Shown here piece by piece: positions 36,940 through 45,848 of a stretch of 64,000 nucleotides of DNA. The notes beneath the pieces are model-generated. The model saw only the letters and a list, made by a program, of their open reading frames with translations. It was not told the DNA's origin and searched no databases. The stretch is taken from contig CAWCLN010000007.1 in NCBI GenBank assembly GCA_963796425.1, forward strand, positions 7,479 through 71,478, given 5' to 3'. This stretch comes from an uncultured archaeon. GTDB taxonomy: Archaea > Thermoproteota > Nitrososphaeria > Nitrososphaerales > Gagatemarchaeaceae. How positions within the stretch are numbered: position 1 is the stretch's first letter; every line of letters starts with the position of its first letter. The position numbers were made by a program, and so were the translations under genes.

Positions 36940-37338
36940 TCAGTTTCGATCGACCGGCGGGTCCCTCAGCGCCTCTTTGCCCCTATCGGCAGCCGCCTGC
37001 GCGAGTTGCCCCAGGAGGATTGAGCCAAGGCCTTTGCGGTGAAAACCATCCGCGACGCTGACCCCCATTTCTGATGGTTCGCTCCCGGAATTGTAGTCTG
37101 CTTCCCCGACGGCCTTCTGATCCCTGATCGCGAGCAGGCTGAACCTCCTTTCAGGGGAGAGAAACTCGTCAAGCAGGCTCTCCCTGTCGAGAACAGGTTT
37201 CAGGAACCTCGACAGAATCGATTCTTCTGACAGGCCTTCGAAGAACTCCGACAGGATTTCACGATCCTTGTTCGTGGTTCGCCTGACGTGGACCAGCGAA
37301 CCATCCTTCAGGACCACGTCCCCTTTGAACTTCTCCAT
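36940..37338 (-). CDS. Pat-type GNAT acetyltransferase domain protein, apparently C-terminally short
   Basis: 'VHVRRTTNKDREILSEFFEGLSEESILSRF...LLAIRDQKAVGEADY...VADGFHRKGLGSILLGQLAQAAADRG' resembles the GNAT domain of protein acetyltransferases. It ends soon after the acetyl-CoA-binding loop. Co-oriented, 55 bp upstream of acs. Confidence 0.65.
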   Translation of the reverse strand: MEKFKGDVVLKDGSLVHVRRTTNKDREILSEFFEGLSEESILSRFLKPVLDRESLLDEFLSPERRFSLLAIRDQKAVGEADYNSGSEPSEMGVSVADGFHRKGLGSILLGQLAQAAADRGKEALRDPPVDRN

Positions 37339-37393
37339 CGCCCGTCGAACCCCTTCTCGTCTCCACTACGCGTTGTCTATGAATGCCTCGTGT

Positions 37394-37666
37394 TCAGTCT
37401 TTCGTCCTAGTCAGAGAATATACGATGATGAAGAAACCCACGACCTGACTTACTGCCTGCGCCGATTCCGCGATAGTCAGGTCCCCGGTCACGTTGTAAA
37501 GCACTCCCGCGATTGCGGCGCCCGCAGTCACGAATGCGAAGCCAAGTCCCAGCAGGAGCATCGCCCCGCTCTTCGTCCTGCCATACGCGCGCATGGCATA
37601 GAAGACGACAATCCCGCCGAGAATCAGGATCAGCCCTTGGGCCGAGCTTAGATAGATAAGATCCAT
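37394..37666 (-). CDS. Small membrane protein (3 TM)
   Basis: 90-aa hydrophobic ORF, co-oriented downstream of a wHTH gene. Confidence 0.5.
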   Translation of the reverse strand: MDLIYLSSAQGLILILGGIVVFYAMRAYGRTKSGAMLLLGLGFAFVTAGAAIAGVLYNVTGDLTIAESAQAVSQVVGFFIIVYSLTRTKD

Positions 37667-37729
37667 TTTTCATCATCCGCCTCGTCTTTCGACCTTTAAA
37701 GCATGAACTCCGATTCTCAACGCTGGAAA

Positions 37730-38092
37730 TCACTTCTCCGCTCTCATGCCCGTCCAAAGACGCCTGAGCTTCTCAGCCACGTCCTCGTTCACCGTTGCGT
37801 CCACCTTCATGACTCCGCCGTCGAACCTGACCGTCACGGCCCTGTACGCGCTCCTCAGGAGTTCGTACTTCTTGCCGTCTGAGGTGACTATGATCTTCTC
37901 CACTATCAGTATCTGTGCGTCGAGGAGCTCGTGGACCCTTCTATAGCAGGTGCTGAGGGGAATGTCGTTCTCCCTGCTCATGTCCTCGACTGACTTGGCG
38001 GCCGGTATGGCTGAGAGCAGGATCTTTCTCGAATACTCGTCGGCCAGCCCCTGCACCAGCGATTGGACTCGGTCGGGTTCTGTTATCTCCAA
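37730..38092 (-). CDS. Winged helix-turn-helix transcriptional regulator (ArsR/TrmB-like)
   Basis: 'LADEYSRKILLSAIPAAKSVEDMSRENDIPLSTCYRRVHELLDAQIL' shows a typical wHTH pattern. 120 aa. Confidence 0.65.
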   Translation of the reverse strand: MEITEPDRVQSLVQGLADEYSRKILLSAIPAAKSVEDMSRENDIPLSTCYRRVHELLDAQILIVEKIIVTSDGKKYELLRSAYRAVTVRFDGGVMKVDATVNEDVAEKLRRLWTGMRAEK

Positions 38093-38160
38093 ACAGGACG
38101 AAAGTCCAGATTACCGTATTTGAGTCTATTCTGGTCTCGTTGTCCTCGTTCATCTAACAG

Positions 38161-39387
38161 TCATGCTAGGGAAGCGCTCTGCTGGGCTCCCTTCATGACC
38201 TCCTCGCTCGTCCGGCCGAGGTACGCGTCCATCATCCACTCCCATCGTCCTGAGAGGGCAGACCAGTAGATGGCACCGAAGCCCCTCTTCATCGCATACT
38301 TCACCAGCGAAGGAGACTGGTCGGAAGGCGGCTTCTTGTAAGTCGCGGACACGAAGATGGCCCTCCTGCCACCGACCTCCATGGGACAATTGATCCTCCC
38401 GTTGTATTCGCATACCCTGCCTGTCCCCTCCACCTCCGATGCGATGTTCGTCGCGACCACCTTTGACTCCAGGTGGGCGACCACCCCTGACTTGGAGATC
38501 GGGATGTTCGTTGCGTCGCCTATCGCGAAGGCGTCGTCATGCCCCTCAACCATCATCGTGCGCCTGTCCGCCTTTATCCAGCCCTCTTCGTCCCCGAACC
38601 CCGACTCCCTGACCACTCGAGTGCCTCTGTGGGGGGGAATCGCAATCAGCAGGTCGTAGGCGTACTCGTCACCTTCGAGTGAGTGGACCTTCTTCGCTGA
38701 AGGGTCGACCGAGTCGACATTGAAGAACGGCATGACCTTGATCCCCTTCTCCTCGAAGAGAGGAGAGACGACCTGGGCGATCTTGTCTGCGGGGTACGCC
38801 TTGGGGTAGGGCGTCAGCAGGGTGAGCTCTATGTCCTCTCTGACTCCTCTGTGCCTCAAGTACTCGTCGAGAAGGAAGAGCGCCTCGTCAGGAGACGGCG
38901 GGCACTTGTGAGGCACCCCAGCGATGAGGACCCCTATCCTCCCTTTCTTGAAGCTCTTCACCGAATCCCACACCTTCATCGCGTTGACAGGGCCAGTGTG
39001 GAAGTTGACGGACCCCTCGGCCAGCCCCGGGATCATCTGGGGTGAGACCTCGGCGCCCGTAGCCATAATCAAGTGGTCGTAATCGAAGACGTCGCCCCCG
39101 ACGGTGAATATCTTCCTGTCCTCGAGGTCGATCTTCCTCGCCGGGTCGGGTATGTAAGTGATCTCCGGCTTCAAGAGGTCCATTTCGGACTTGCTTTCGG
39201 CGTCGGGATGAGAGCCCTTGAAGGCGACGTCCAGGTTAGCTGGCTGAAAGTGGTGCCTGAACCCTTCACCTATTAGTAGGATCTGAACTTCCCCAGAGCG
39301 GACGCGCCCTCGCAGCCTCTTGCTCAGAAAGTTGGCCACGAACGTCCCTCCCGTACCCGCCCCCACGACGGCCAGCCGCTTGGCCAT
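38161..39387 (-). CDS. FAD-dependent pyridine-nucleotide-disulfide oxidoreductase, sulfide:quinone oxidoreductase (SQR)-like
   Basis: 'LAVVGAGTGGT' dinucleotide fold, 'VPHKCPPSPDEA' (SQR-like redox Cys context) and 'AIGDATNIP'. Confidence 0.8.
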   Translation of the reverse strand: MAKRLAVVGAGTGGTFVANFLSKRLRGRVRSGEVQILLIGEGFRHHFQPANLDVAFKGSHPDAESKSEMDLLKPEITYIPDPARKIDLEDRKIFTVGGDVFDYDHLIMATGAEVSPQMIPGLAEGSVNFHTGPVNAMKVWDSVKSFKKGRIGVLIAGVPHKCPPSPDEALFLLDEYLRHRGVREDIELTLLTPYPKAYPADKIAQVVSPLFEEKGIKVMPFFNVDSVDPSAKKVHSLEGDEYAYDLLIAIPPHRGTRVVRESGFGDEEGWIKADRRTMMVEGHDDAFAIGDATNIPISKSGVVAHLESKVVATNIASEVEGTGRVCEYNGRINCPMEVGGRRAIFVSATYKKPPSDQSPSLVKYAMKRGFGAIYWSALSGRWEWMMDAYLGRTSEEVMKGAQQSASLA

Positions 39388-39636
39388 CTACCTTCCCTTT
39401 CTGTCTATCTCGACTACTATCTTGAGGAAGTCCTTCTCATGCGAAACCTCAAGGATCTTGTTTCCGCTCTTTTCAGCCCAAGCTTTGACATCACTCTCGG
39501 CAGCAGGGTCAGTCGCTAAGAGCTCGATTGTGTCCCCGACCTTGGCCTGCCTGTAAGCCTTGAACAGGTCTGTGATCGGACCAGGGCAGAAGCTGCCCCG
39601 AGAATCGACCGTCCTCCTTGCTGAAGGCGCGCTCAT
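39388..39636 (-). CDS. tusA: TusA/SirA-family sulfurtransferase
   Basis: 82 aa. The Cys-Pro-x-Pro motif 'FCPGPITDL' lies at the expected position. It abuts the SQR-like gene. Confidence 0.8.
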   Translation of the reverse strand: MSAPSARRTVDSRGSFCPGPITDLFKAYRQAKVGDTIELLATDPAAESDVKAWAEKSGNKILEVSHEKDFLKIVVEIDRKGR

Positions 39637-39644
39637 TTCATCAC

Positions 39645-40151
39645 CTATATGAAGAGCGTCTGGCCCCCGCTACTGATCTGCAGAAACGTGGCCGCTCCTA
39701 TTATGTCGTCCACCTCAGGAATCAGGTTCTCCTTGGGCACGGTCATCACGTCCATCGTGGTTGAACAGGCGTGCAGCTTGACGCCGAGGTCCTTTGCACT
39801 GCTGATCATTTCGGGAATAGATGGCATCTTGACCTGCTTCATCTTGCCCCTGAGCATTCTTGTCGCCATGGCCGTCATTCCCGGAAGCATTCCTAGGATG
39901 TTAGGCATGGGCATCCCAGGATTCCCAACCGGAGACACCTTGAGAGAGGCGACCTTGTTCTTGTCAAGGACCTGAAGGCCCCAGAACGTGAAGAAGATGT
40001 GCGACTCGTAACCCATGGTGGCAGCGGTTGTCGCCAGCATGAACGCAGGATACACCATGTCCAGCGTGGCCTTCGAGAGCACGATGCAGAACTTCTGCTG
40101 AGGTTCAGCGTGTGCATCTGCAATCTCCTTCTGAACGGACGCGGCAGTCAT
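39645..40151 (-). CDS. DsrE/DsrF-like (DsrE3-type) sulfur-relay protein
   Basis: 'KFCIVLSKATLDMVYPAFMLATTAA' and the conserved Cys context 'KLHACSTTMDVM'. ATG 40151 is preceded by a TATA-like box at the leaderless distance. The tracked ORF extends to GTG 40232. Confidence 0.75.
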   Translation of the reverse strand: MTAASVQKEIADAHAEPQQKFCIVLSKATLDMVYPAFMLATTAATMGYESHIFFTFWGLQVLDKNKVASLKVSPVGNPGMPMPNILGMLPGMTAMATRMLRGKMKQVKMPSIPEMISSAKDLGVKLHACSTTMDVMTVPKENLIPEVDDIIGAATFLQISSGGQTLFI

Positions 40152-40172
40152 GGCGACAAGATTAGCCTGGGG

Positions 40173-40180
40173 CGATAAAA
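40173..40180 (-). promoter_or_regulatory. TATA-like box for the dsrE-tusA-sqr-like operon
   Basis: The minus strand reads 'ttttatcg', centred about 26 nt upstream of ATG 40151. Confidence 0.35.
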
Positions 40181-40267
40181 GGCGAAGGGACGTTTTCCAC
40201 GGGTGGGAATCAAACTTGGGAATTGGGTTCACGCATCAGGCATCGAATCCAACTTCCTGGATGAGCG

Positions 40268-40275
40268 TTAAATAT
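40268..40275 (+). promoter_or_regulatory. TATA-like box for the universal stress protein gene
   Basis: 'ttaaatat' lies 18-25 nt before ATG 40293. The geometry fits a leaderless start at the second ATG (40299). Confidence 0.3.
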
Positions 40276-40292
40276 CGAATCCGGCCACCAGG

Positions 40293-40766
40293 ATGACCAT
40301 GTCAGGACGAGAGGGGCCCAGTTTCGGGAAGATCATGATCGCGTTTGACGGGTCCAAGGATTCGATCAAGGCAGTCGACTTCGGCTGCTCTCTGGCTGAG
40401 AAGTACGGATCGACCGTAGTCATCGTCCACGTCTATTCTCCCGCTTTGCCACCCTACGTCGGTGCAGCCCCAATGCCGATCCCTGAGGTTGAGCTCGAGG
40501 GTGTCGCGGAGGTATCCACGAAAAGGGCTCGAGGCGTCTTGGCCGACGGAATTAAGCTCGCGGAGGAACACGGAGTGAAAGCCAGGGGAGAACTCCTGGA
40601 GGCCAGTTCAACCGTCCAGGCCATCGTCGAGTTCGCCGCAAGCGAGAAGGTCGACATGATAATCGTCGGAACAAGGGGGATGACCGGATTCAAGAAGCTC
40701 ATCCTGGGAAGCGTTTCGAGTGGCTTGGTGGGCCATTCTGAATGCCCAGTCTTGGTGGTCAGGTGA
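40293..40766 (+). CDS. Universal stress protein (UspA family)
   Basis: Contains 'KIMIAFDGS', 'VVIVHV' and the C-terminal 'IIVGTRGMTGFKKLILGSVSSGLVGHSECPVLVV'. Confidence 0.85.
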   Translation: MTMSGREGPSFGKIMIAFDGSKDSIKAVDFGCSLAEKYGSTVVIVHVYSPALPPYVGAAPMPIPEVELEGVAEVSTKRARGVLADGIKLAEEHGVKARGELLEASSTVQAIVEFAASEKVDMIIVGTRGMTGFKKLILGSVSSGLVGHSECPVLVVR

Positions 40767-40791
40767 GACCCTGATCTACGTCAGAGACGTG

Positions 40792-41199
40792 ATGGCCGGC
40801 AACGTCAAGACCATCCCAGTGAAGACCACGATAAGGGAAGCAGCCAAGGAGATGGCGAGATGGAAGATTGGTTCGCTCGTGATCGCCGACGGAAAGAAGC
40901 CCGTCGGGATTATCACTGAAGGCGACATTTCGAAGGCCGTGGCCAGAGGCCTCGACCCTGCCAAGACTCCCCTTTCAATTCAGAAGAAGAAGCTGGTCAC
41001 GGTCGGACCCGGCGAGAGAATCGAGGTAGCTGCCAAGATAATGGCCTCGGCAGGTGTCAAGAAACTGCCGGTCATGGAAGGGACAAACCTCGTCGGAATG
41101 ATCACTCAGACTGACATCGTGAATTCCAGTTTCGCTCTCGTCACATCTCTCAAGGAGATGGTGCAGGCCCGCTACCGGCCTCCGGACTTCGAGATGTAG
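40792..41199 (+). CDS. CBS-domain pair protein
   Basis: Two CBS repeats ('...SLVIADGKKPVGIITEGDI' and '...KLPVMEGTNLVGMITQTDI'). I prefer ATG 40792 because the tracked ORF start at 40720 overlaps usp. Confidence 0.8.
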   Translation: MAGNVKTIPVKTTIREAAKEMARWKIGSLVIADGKKPVGIITEGDISKAVARGLDPAKTPLSIQKKKLVTVGPGERIEVAAKIMASAGVKKLPVMEGTNLVGMITQTDIVNSSFALVTSLKEMVQARYRPPDFEM

Positions 41200-41787
41200 G
41201 AGGGCCAACCCCCAGTCGCGGGGCGAACTGAGAAGGGATTGGCATCAGGTTGGGGCTGTGGACGTCAAGGCAATCAAGAGCATCAAGGCCGACTTGATAT
41301 GAGTCAAGGGAAGAGAGAAACGATGTTAGCCCTCACGCAGGGAGACATCCGGTCTTGATACTAAATGAGGCACTTTGGGAATTACGCTTCAATGCTCAGG
41401 CCCTTGTTCAAAAGAAGATCCATGGGCTTTCCCCCCGCGCAGCCTTACCTGGCTTGCCCACCTTTCATCCACTGGTCCGTCGGGGCGATTGCATAGAAAC
41501 CGGGGGAATCCTGATCGCATCGGGTTTCACCGTCAGTTAGCACGAATCCTACTAACCTTTCTCTGTGCGTTGGGCTCCACGTTTGACCCTTATTCACCAG
41601 ATCACGAATGGTGGCCCGGCTGAGGAATGGGACGTTCTTCCAATTTACCGCTTCATGCGAAGACTCGGCAGCTGGGGAAACCTAGTCAGCAACTCAAGTA
41701 GTGAGATTGCAGCGAAGGCCAATCCGAGCCGTAACCTGCTCTCCTCAGACATGTCTCCCGCCGCCTATGTTGGATATGCCTAGGGGT

Positions 41788-42096
41788 CTACGGATTCGGT
41801 TCTGCGGGGACACTGGCCGGGGACGGACTTGATACTGTCTCAGTCGAAGCAGTCTCCGGTGAGGATTTCTGCGCCCCGATCCCATACGCTGAGATTGCTA
41901 GCCCTATCGGAAACAGCACAAACCCCGCCCAGAGAAGCCAAAACGAAATTGAGAAGGCCTCGCTAACGGAGATAACGGTGCCAAAGCTATTGTAGGCGGC
42001 GCCATATTCTAGGCTAGCTACGCTCGGACTCCCCCAGATCAGAGCGAAGCCCAGACCCAGGATAAACCCCCCGACCGCCATTAGTCTTGCTTTCAA
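41788..42096 (-). CDS. Small membrane protein with Ser/Pro-rich tail
   Basis: 102-aa ORF with 2-3 hydrophobic helices. No family recognised. Confidence 0.45.
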   Translation of the reverse strand: MKARLMAVGGFILGLGFALIWGSPSVASLEYGAAYNSFGTVISVSEAFSISFWLLWAGFVLFPIGLAISAYGIGAQKSSPETASTETVSSPSPASVPAEPNP

Positions 42097-42187
42097 CGTG
42101 GATGCTCGGAAACAGAGACGTCTTAAGTCTGCGCTTCATCGCACGGCCGTCTGATTTAAGCCACCTCGGGAGGGGGTTGATGAGCCG

Positions 42188-42490
42188 TTGAGCCTGCCTG
42201 AGTACACGATTACGGTCAACTACGTAAGCGAGGGGGAAATCGCCAACCTGATACGCGGATACGTCGAGCTGAAGGGAGAGAAGATCCGCTTCTCAGGGGT
42301 CGCCTACGGCAGGTTCGGGGGGCAGAACTTCTCACCTCAGTTCTCAGAAACTGCCAGGAAGCGGCTGGAGAGGCTGACCGGAGACTTCCCGAGATTCGAG
42401 GAAGACGTACAGCAGAGGCTGATGAGGGGCGAGTTCGAAGCCAGGCCCGGCAAGGGGGAGAAGCACGCCCACAACCATCTGGGCAACTAG
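42188..42490 (+). CDS. Hypothetical protein
   Basis: 100-aa ORF with a TTG start. 'gggaggggg' lies a few nt upstream. No family recognised. Confidence 0.4.
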   Translation: MSLPEYTITVNYVSEGEIANLIRGYVELKGEKIRFSGVAYGRFGGQNFSPQFSETARKRLERLTGDFPRFEEDVQQRLMRGEFEARPGKGEKHAHNHLGN

Positions 42491-42508
42491 GCAAGGGGGT
42501 GGTCACAG

Positions 42509-43432
42509 TTGAACCTGCTAGTCGGCGCAACGGGCTTTATCGGAGGCCATGTTGTCGAGTATCTCTTCCAACAGGGAGAGATCTCGAAGGGAACCTTCAG
42601 GAAGGGCTCCCATCTCAAGATCATGGACGCGAGAGGAGTCCAGGGGATTGAGGCCGACCTCCTTGACCACCGCTCCCTTCACGAAGCAATGGAGGGAGTG
42701 GACACCGTTTACAACCTGGCCTCTCCGATGCCGGGCGAGGATTCTGATTTCATCAAGGTCAACACGGAAGGCGTGCTGAACCTACTCGAGGTCGCGACCG
42801 AGATGGGAGTGAAGACCTTCATCCAGCTGAGCACGCTCGACGTCTGCGGCTTCTCAATGAGGGACGTCTCGGACGAGTCAGCCGTCAACTCCACAGGAGA
42901 GTACCAACGCGCAAAGGCAGAAGCCGAGAGGCTTCTGATAGAGTCTTCGAGGAGAAGCCCCATCCCCAGAATCGTGATCATCCGCGCGGCGAGGGCGGTC
43001 GGGTCCAGGGACAATTCCTTTACCATCCCTCTTCTTAGGATGATAGGCACCGGCAGGGTTGTCCTTCCGAGCTCTGGCTCTATGTCCTTCACGCATCCTC
43101 TGGACACAGCCCAGGCCATGCACAAGGCTGCGGTGGGCAGGGTTTCCTCAGGGTCCACCTTTCTCGTGAAATCCTTCGACGCTTCACCTGATGAGTTAGC
43201 AGGCGGGCTAATCTCTTCTTTGGGAGCACGAGCCGAAGTGCATAAAGAGAGACTGTTCTCCAAGTCATCACTCCCAGACTACACAACAAGACAGCTGAAG
43301 GCGGCACTTAGAATCGATTCTCAGCCGAGGTGGGCGGAACTGGGGTACAAGCCGAAGTTCAACGCGCAGGCGGCGTGCGAAGAGGTAGTGAAATGGTACA
43401 GAAAAGAACCGTGGGCGACAGAGACAGCCTGA
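42509..43432 (+). CDS. NAD-dependent epimerase/dehydratase (extended SDR)
   Basis: N-terminal Rossmann motif '[14 protein letters not shown]' and a catalytic 'YQRAK' (YxxxK). Confidence 0.85.
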   Translation: MNLLVGATGFIGGHVVEYLFQQGEISKGTFRKGSHLKIMDARGVQGIEADLLDHRSLHEAMEGVDTVYNLASPMPGEDSDFIKVNTEGVLNLLEVATEMGVKTFIQLSTLDVCGFSMRDVSDESAVNSTGEYQRAKAEAERLLIESSRRSPIPRIVIIRAARAVGSRDNSFTIPLLRMIGTGRVVLPSSGSMSFTHPLDTAQAMHKAAVGRVSSGSTFLVKSFDASPDELAGGLISSLGARAEVHKERLFSKSSLPDYTTRQLKAALRIDSQPRWAELGYKPKFNAQAACEEVVKWYRKEPWATETA

Positions 43433-44094
43433 GAATCGGCCTGACGCTCCGCAGAATCAGGCTGATGGTCTACGGCTCGAAGGACAGACGAGCCACTGCC
43501 CTCGCCCAGCTTCAGGACGTGGAGAGGGGAGGCCCCTTCCGTGTCCTCATCAGCACGATACTTTCCCAGCGAACCAGGGACGAGAACACAACTCGGGCCG
43601 CTGAAAACCTGTTTTCAAGGTACAGGACACCTGAAGAGCTCGCTCGAGCAGACATCGACGCGGTCCGCAGGCTGATCAGACCCTCTGGATTCTACAACGT
43701 GAAGGCGAGGAGCATCATCAGGGTCTCCAGACAGCTGCTCGAAGAGTTCGGAGGCAGGGTCCCGGACGATGAAGAAGACCTCCTGAAACTGCACTCGGTC
43801 GGTAGGAAGACTGCCAATTGCGTTCTCGTGTACGGCTTCAACAAGCCTGCGATTCCGGTAGATACGCACGTTCACAGGATCTCCAACAGGCTCGGGCTCG
43901 TCGACACCAAGAGGCCGGAGGAGACTGAGGCACAGCTCGTCAAGACGGTGCCCCGCAGATACTGGCTCGACTTGAACGACCTGTTCGTCAGGTTCGGACA
44001 GACAACCTGCAGGCCTATCGGTCCGCGGTGCGGGTCATGCACGCTCAGGAGCGTGTGCAGGTACTATCGAACTGTGGTCGCGCCGAAGGGTTAA
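43393..44094 (+). CDS. nth: Endonuclease III (HhH-GPD DNA glycosylase with 4Fe-4S cluster)
   Basis: HhH '[20 protein letters not shown]', '[14 protein letters not shown]' and the cluster loop '[17 protein letters not shown]'. ATG 43393 is preceded by GAGGT; ATG 43465 is an alternative start. Confidence 0.85.
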   Translation: MVQKRTVGDRDSLRIGLTLRRIRLMVYGSKDRRATALAQLQDVERGGPFRVLISTILSQRTRDENTTRAAENLFSRYRTPEELARADIDAVRRLIRPSGFYNVKARSIIRVSRQLLEEFGGRVPDDEEDLLKLHSVGRKTANCVLVYGFNKPAIPVDTHVHRISNRLGLVDTKRPEETEAQLVKTVPRRYWLDLNDLFVRFGQTTCRPIGPRCGSCTLRSVCRYYRTVVAPKG

Positions 44095-44126
44095 ACTTCT
44101 TAGCATTTGCGGGACTGCCTCGAATC

Positions 44127-44453
44127 ATGCCTTCTTTCGAGGAAGCCAAGAAGAAGGTGGGCGAGCTGGTTGTCGCGAAGGGCTTCGGCAACACTCCCGA
44201 GGAGATTCCAAACAAGCTCCTTTTCGCTTTCATCGAGCTGGGAGAGGCGGGGGACTCCTGGAAGAAGGGCAGACCGACTGAAGAGACGATAGAGGAGCTG
44301 ATCGACGTCATCTTCTATGTGCTCGACGCGTCGAGACTGATCGCCCCTGACGCCGACCTGGACAGGGTCTTCGACAAGAAGCTCGCCAAGAACATGACGA
44401 GGCCCCATAGGTACGGGGAGGGATTCAGAGAGAAGGCTGCTCCAGGTGTCTAG
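44127..44453 (+). CDS. MazG-like nucleotide pyrophosphohydrolase (small all-alpha NTP-PPase)
   Basis: The acidic motifs 'FIELGEAGD' and 'EELIDVIFYVLD' are typical of the MazG/HisE-like fold. ATG 44127 is preferred over the tracked 44028, which overlaps nth. Confidence 0.65.
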   Translation: MPSFEEAKKKVGELVVAKGFGNTPEEIPNKLLFAFIELGEAGDSWKKGRPTEETIEELIDVIFYVLDASRLIAPDADLDRVFDKKLAKNMTRPHRYGEGFREKAAPGV

Positions 44454-44695
44454 CCGGCCTTCACCCAGAACAGCCTCTTCTCCGTGTGGCAGACATACCC
44501 GTTATACTTCTGTCCCTGGTAGTTGAGAGGAGACTCCACTAGCTTCATGGTCTTGCCGCACTGAGAGCACTTCTGGTCTGAGGGAATCTGCTTCACCTCG
44601 TCCCAGTTCATCATGAAGTACGTCATGTGCATCGGGGATACGTCAGTCCAGGGTTTTATCGGCCCCTCTCGCGTTCGTGGACGATGATACGCCAA
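44450..44695 (-). CDS. Small hypothetical protein with a CxxC...C-H motif
   Basis: 81-aa ORF with a TTG start, containing 'CSQCGKTMKLV...YVCH'. The ORF coordinates overlap the convergent MazG-like gene by 4 nt. Confidence 0.4.
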   Translation of the reverse strand: MAYHRPRTREGPIKPWTDVSPMHMTYFMMNWDEVKQIPSDQKCSQCGKTMKLVESPLNYQGQKYNGYVCHTEKRLFWVKAG

Positions 44696-44862
44696 GATGG
44701 TCTGTCTGATGAATTGTGCCAGTGGTGCTTAAATGAGGTTTTCCCTATCTCTAGATCTGTAATCTCGTACACACGACGGCGAAAGGCTGGACAATGTTAG
44801 GCTATTCAGACTGAGGTCCACCTGCGCTGCCTGAACCCGTGGGGGTGCGACCGAAATCATCG

Positions 44863-44870
44863 TTAAATAC
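44863..44870 (+). promoter_or_regulatory. TATA-like box for the metallophosphoesterase gene (leaderless geometry)
   Basis: 'ttaaatac' is centred about 28 nt upstream of ATG 44895. Confidence 0.4.
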
Positions 44871-44894
44871 AAAATTGCACGCGCGGCGGGTTGC

Positions 44895-45839
44895 ATGACC
44901 CGTCTCTTCTTCATAACCGATATCCACGCCTCAGACAAATGTTTCAGGAAGTTCCTAAACGCCGCGAAGTTCTACAATGCAGACTGCCTCGTTCTCGGGG
45001 GAGATATCACGGGCAAGGTACTCGTCCCCATCGTCGAAGAGAATGACGGGACGTACACCCTCAGGCTCTTTGAGAAGGACAAGACCGTGAAGAAGGACCA
45101 ACTGCAGGACACTCAGAAGGCGCTTCTCGACGCGGGTCAGTACTCGTTCGTCACTGGTCCGAAGGAACTCGAAGAAATCCAGGCGGACAAGGAGAAGGAG
45201 GGGCGCGTCTTCAACGAAGTGATGGCCTCAGTCCTGAAGTCTTGGATCGAGCTTGCGAAGGAAAGGTTGAAGGGCACAAACGTCAAGTGTTACATCTCAC
45301 CAGGAAACGACGACAAGTTCGGGATTGATTCACTGCTTGTTGATTCGGAACATCTGGTCAGCCCCGAGAACAAGGTAGTCCAACTGGAGGGAGGGTTCGA
45401 GATGATCACACTCGGGTACGCCAACCCGACCCCATGGAAGAGCCCAAGAGAGGTGAGTGAGGAGAAGCTTGGCCAGATGATCGAGTCCCTGGCCTCGCAA
45501 GTCAGGAAGATGGAGACAGCGGTCTTCAACCTCCATGTGCCGCCGATTAACACGGAATTGGACAGGGCGCCGGGGGTGTCACAGAACTTCGAGTACGTGA
45601 AGGAGGGTCTTGGCATAAGGTTCATCCACGCAGGAAGCTCCGCGGTCAGGGAGTCGATTGAGAGACACGCTCCTATGCTCGGACTCCACGGTCACATCCA
45701 CGAGTCCAAGGGCTTTGTCCGATTGGGGAGGACACTCTGTCTCAACCCTGGAAGCGAGTACGCGGACGGAGTCCTGAGGGGTGCACTAGTGAACATGGTT
45801 GATGGGAAAGTGGAGGAGTTCCTCCTCACGAGTGGCTAG
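44895..45839 (+). CDS. Metallophosphoesterase (calcineurin-like)
   Basis: Contains 'FFITDIHAS', 'LVLGGDITGK', 'SPGNDD' and 'GLHGHIHES'. Confidence 0.8.
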   Translation: MTRLFFITDIHASDKCFRKFLNAAKFYNADCLVLGGDITGKVLVPIVEENDGTYTLRLFEKDKTVKKDQLQDTQKALLDAGQYSFVTGPKELEEIQADKEKEGRVFNEVMASVLKSWIELAKERLKGTNVKCYISPGNDDKFGIDSLLVDSEHLVSPENKVVQLEGGFEMITLGYANPTPWKSPREVSEEKLGQMIESLASQVRKMETAVFNLHVPPINTELDRAPGVSQNFEYVKEGLGIRFIHAGSSAVRESIERHAPMLGLHGHIHESKGFVRLGRTLCLNPGSEYADGVLRGALVNMVDGKVEEFLLTSG

Positions 45840-45848
45840 TCTTCAGAC

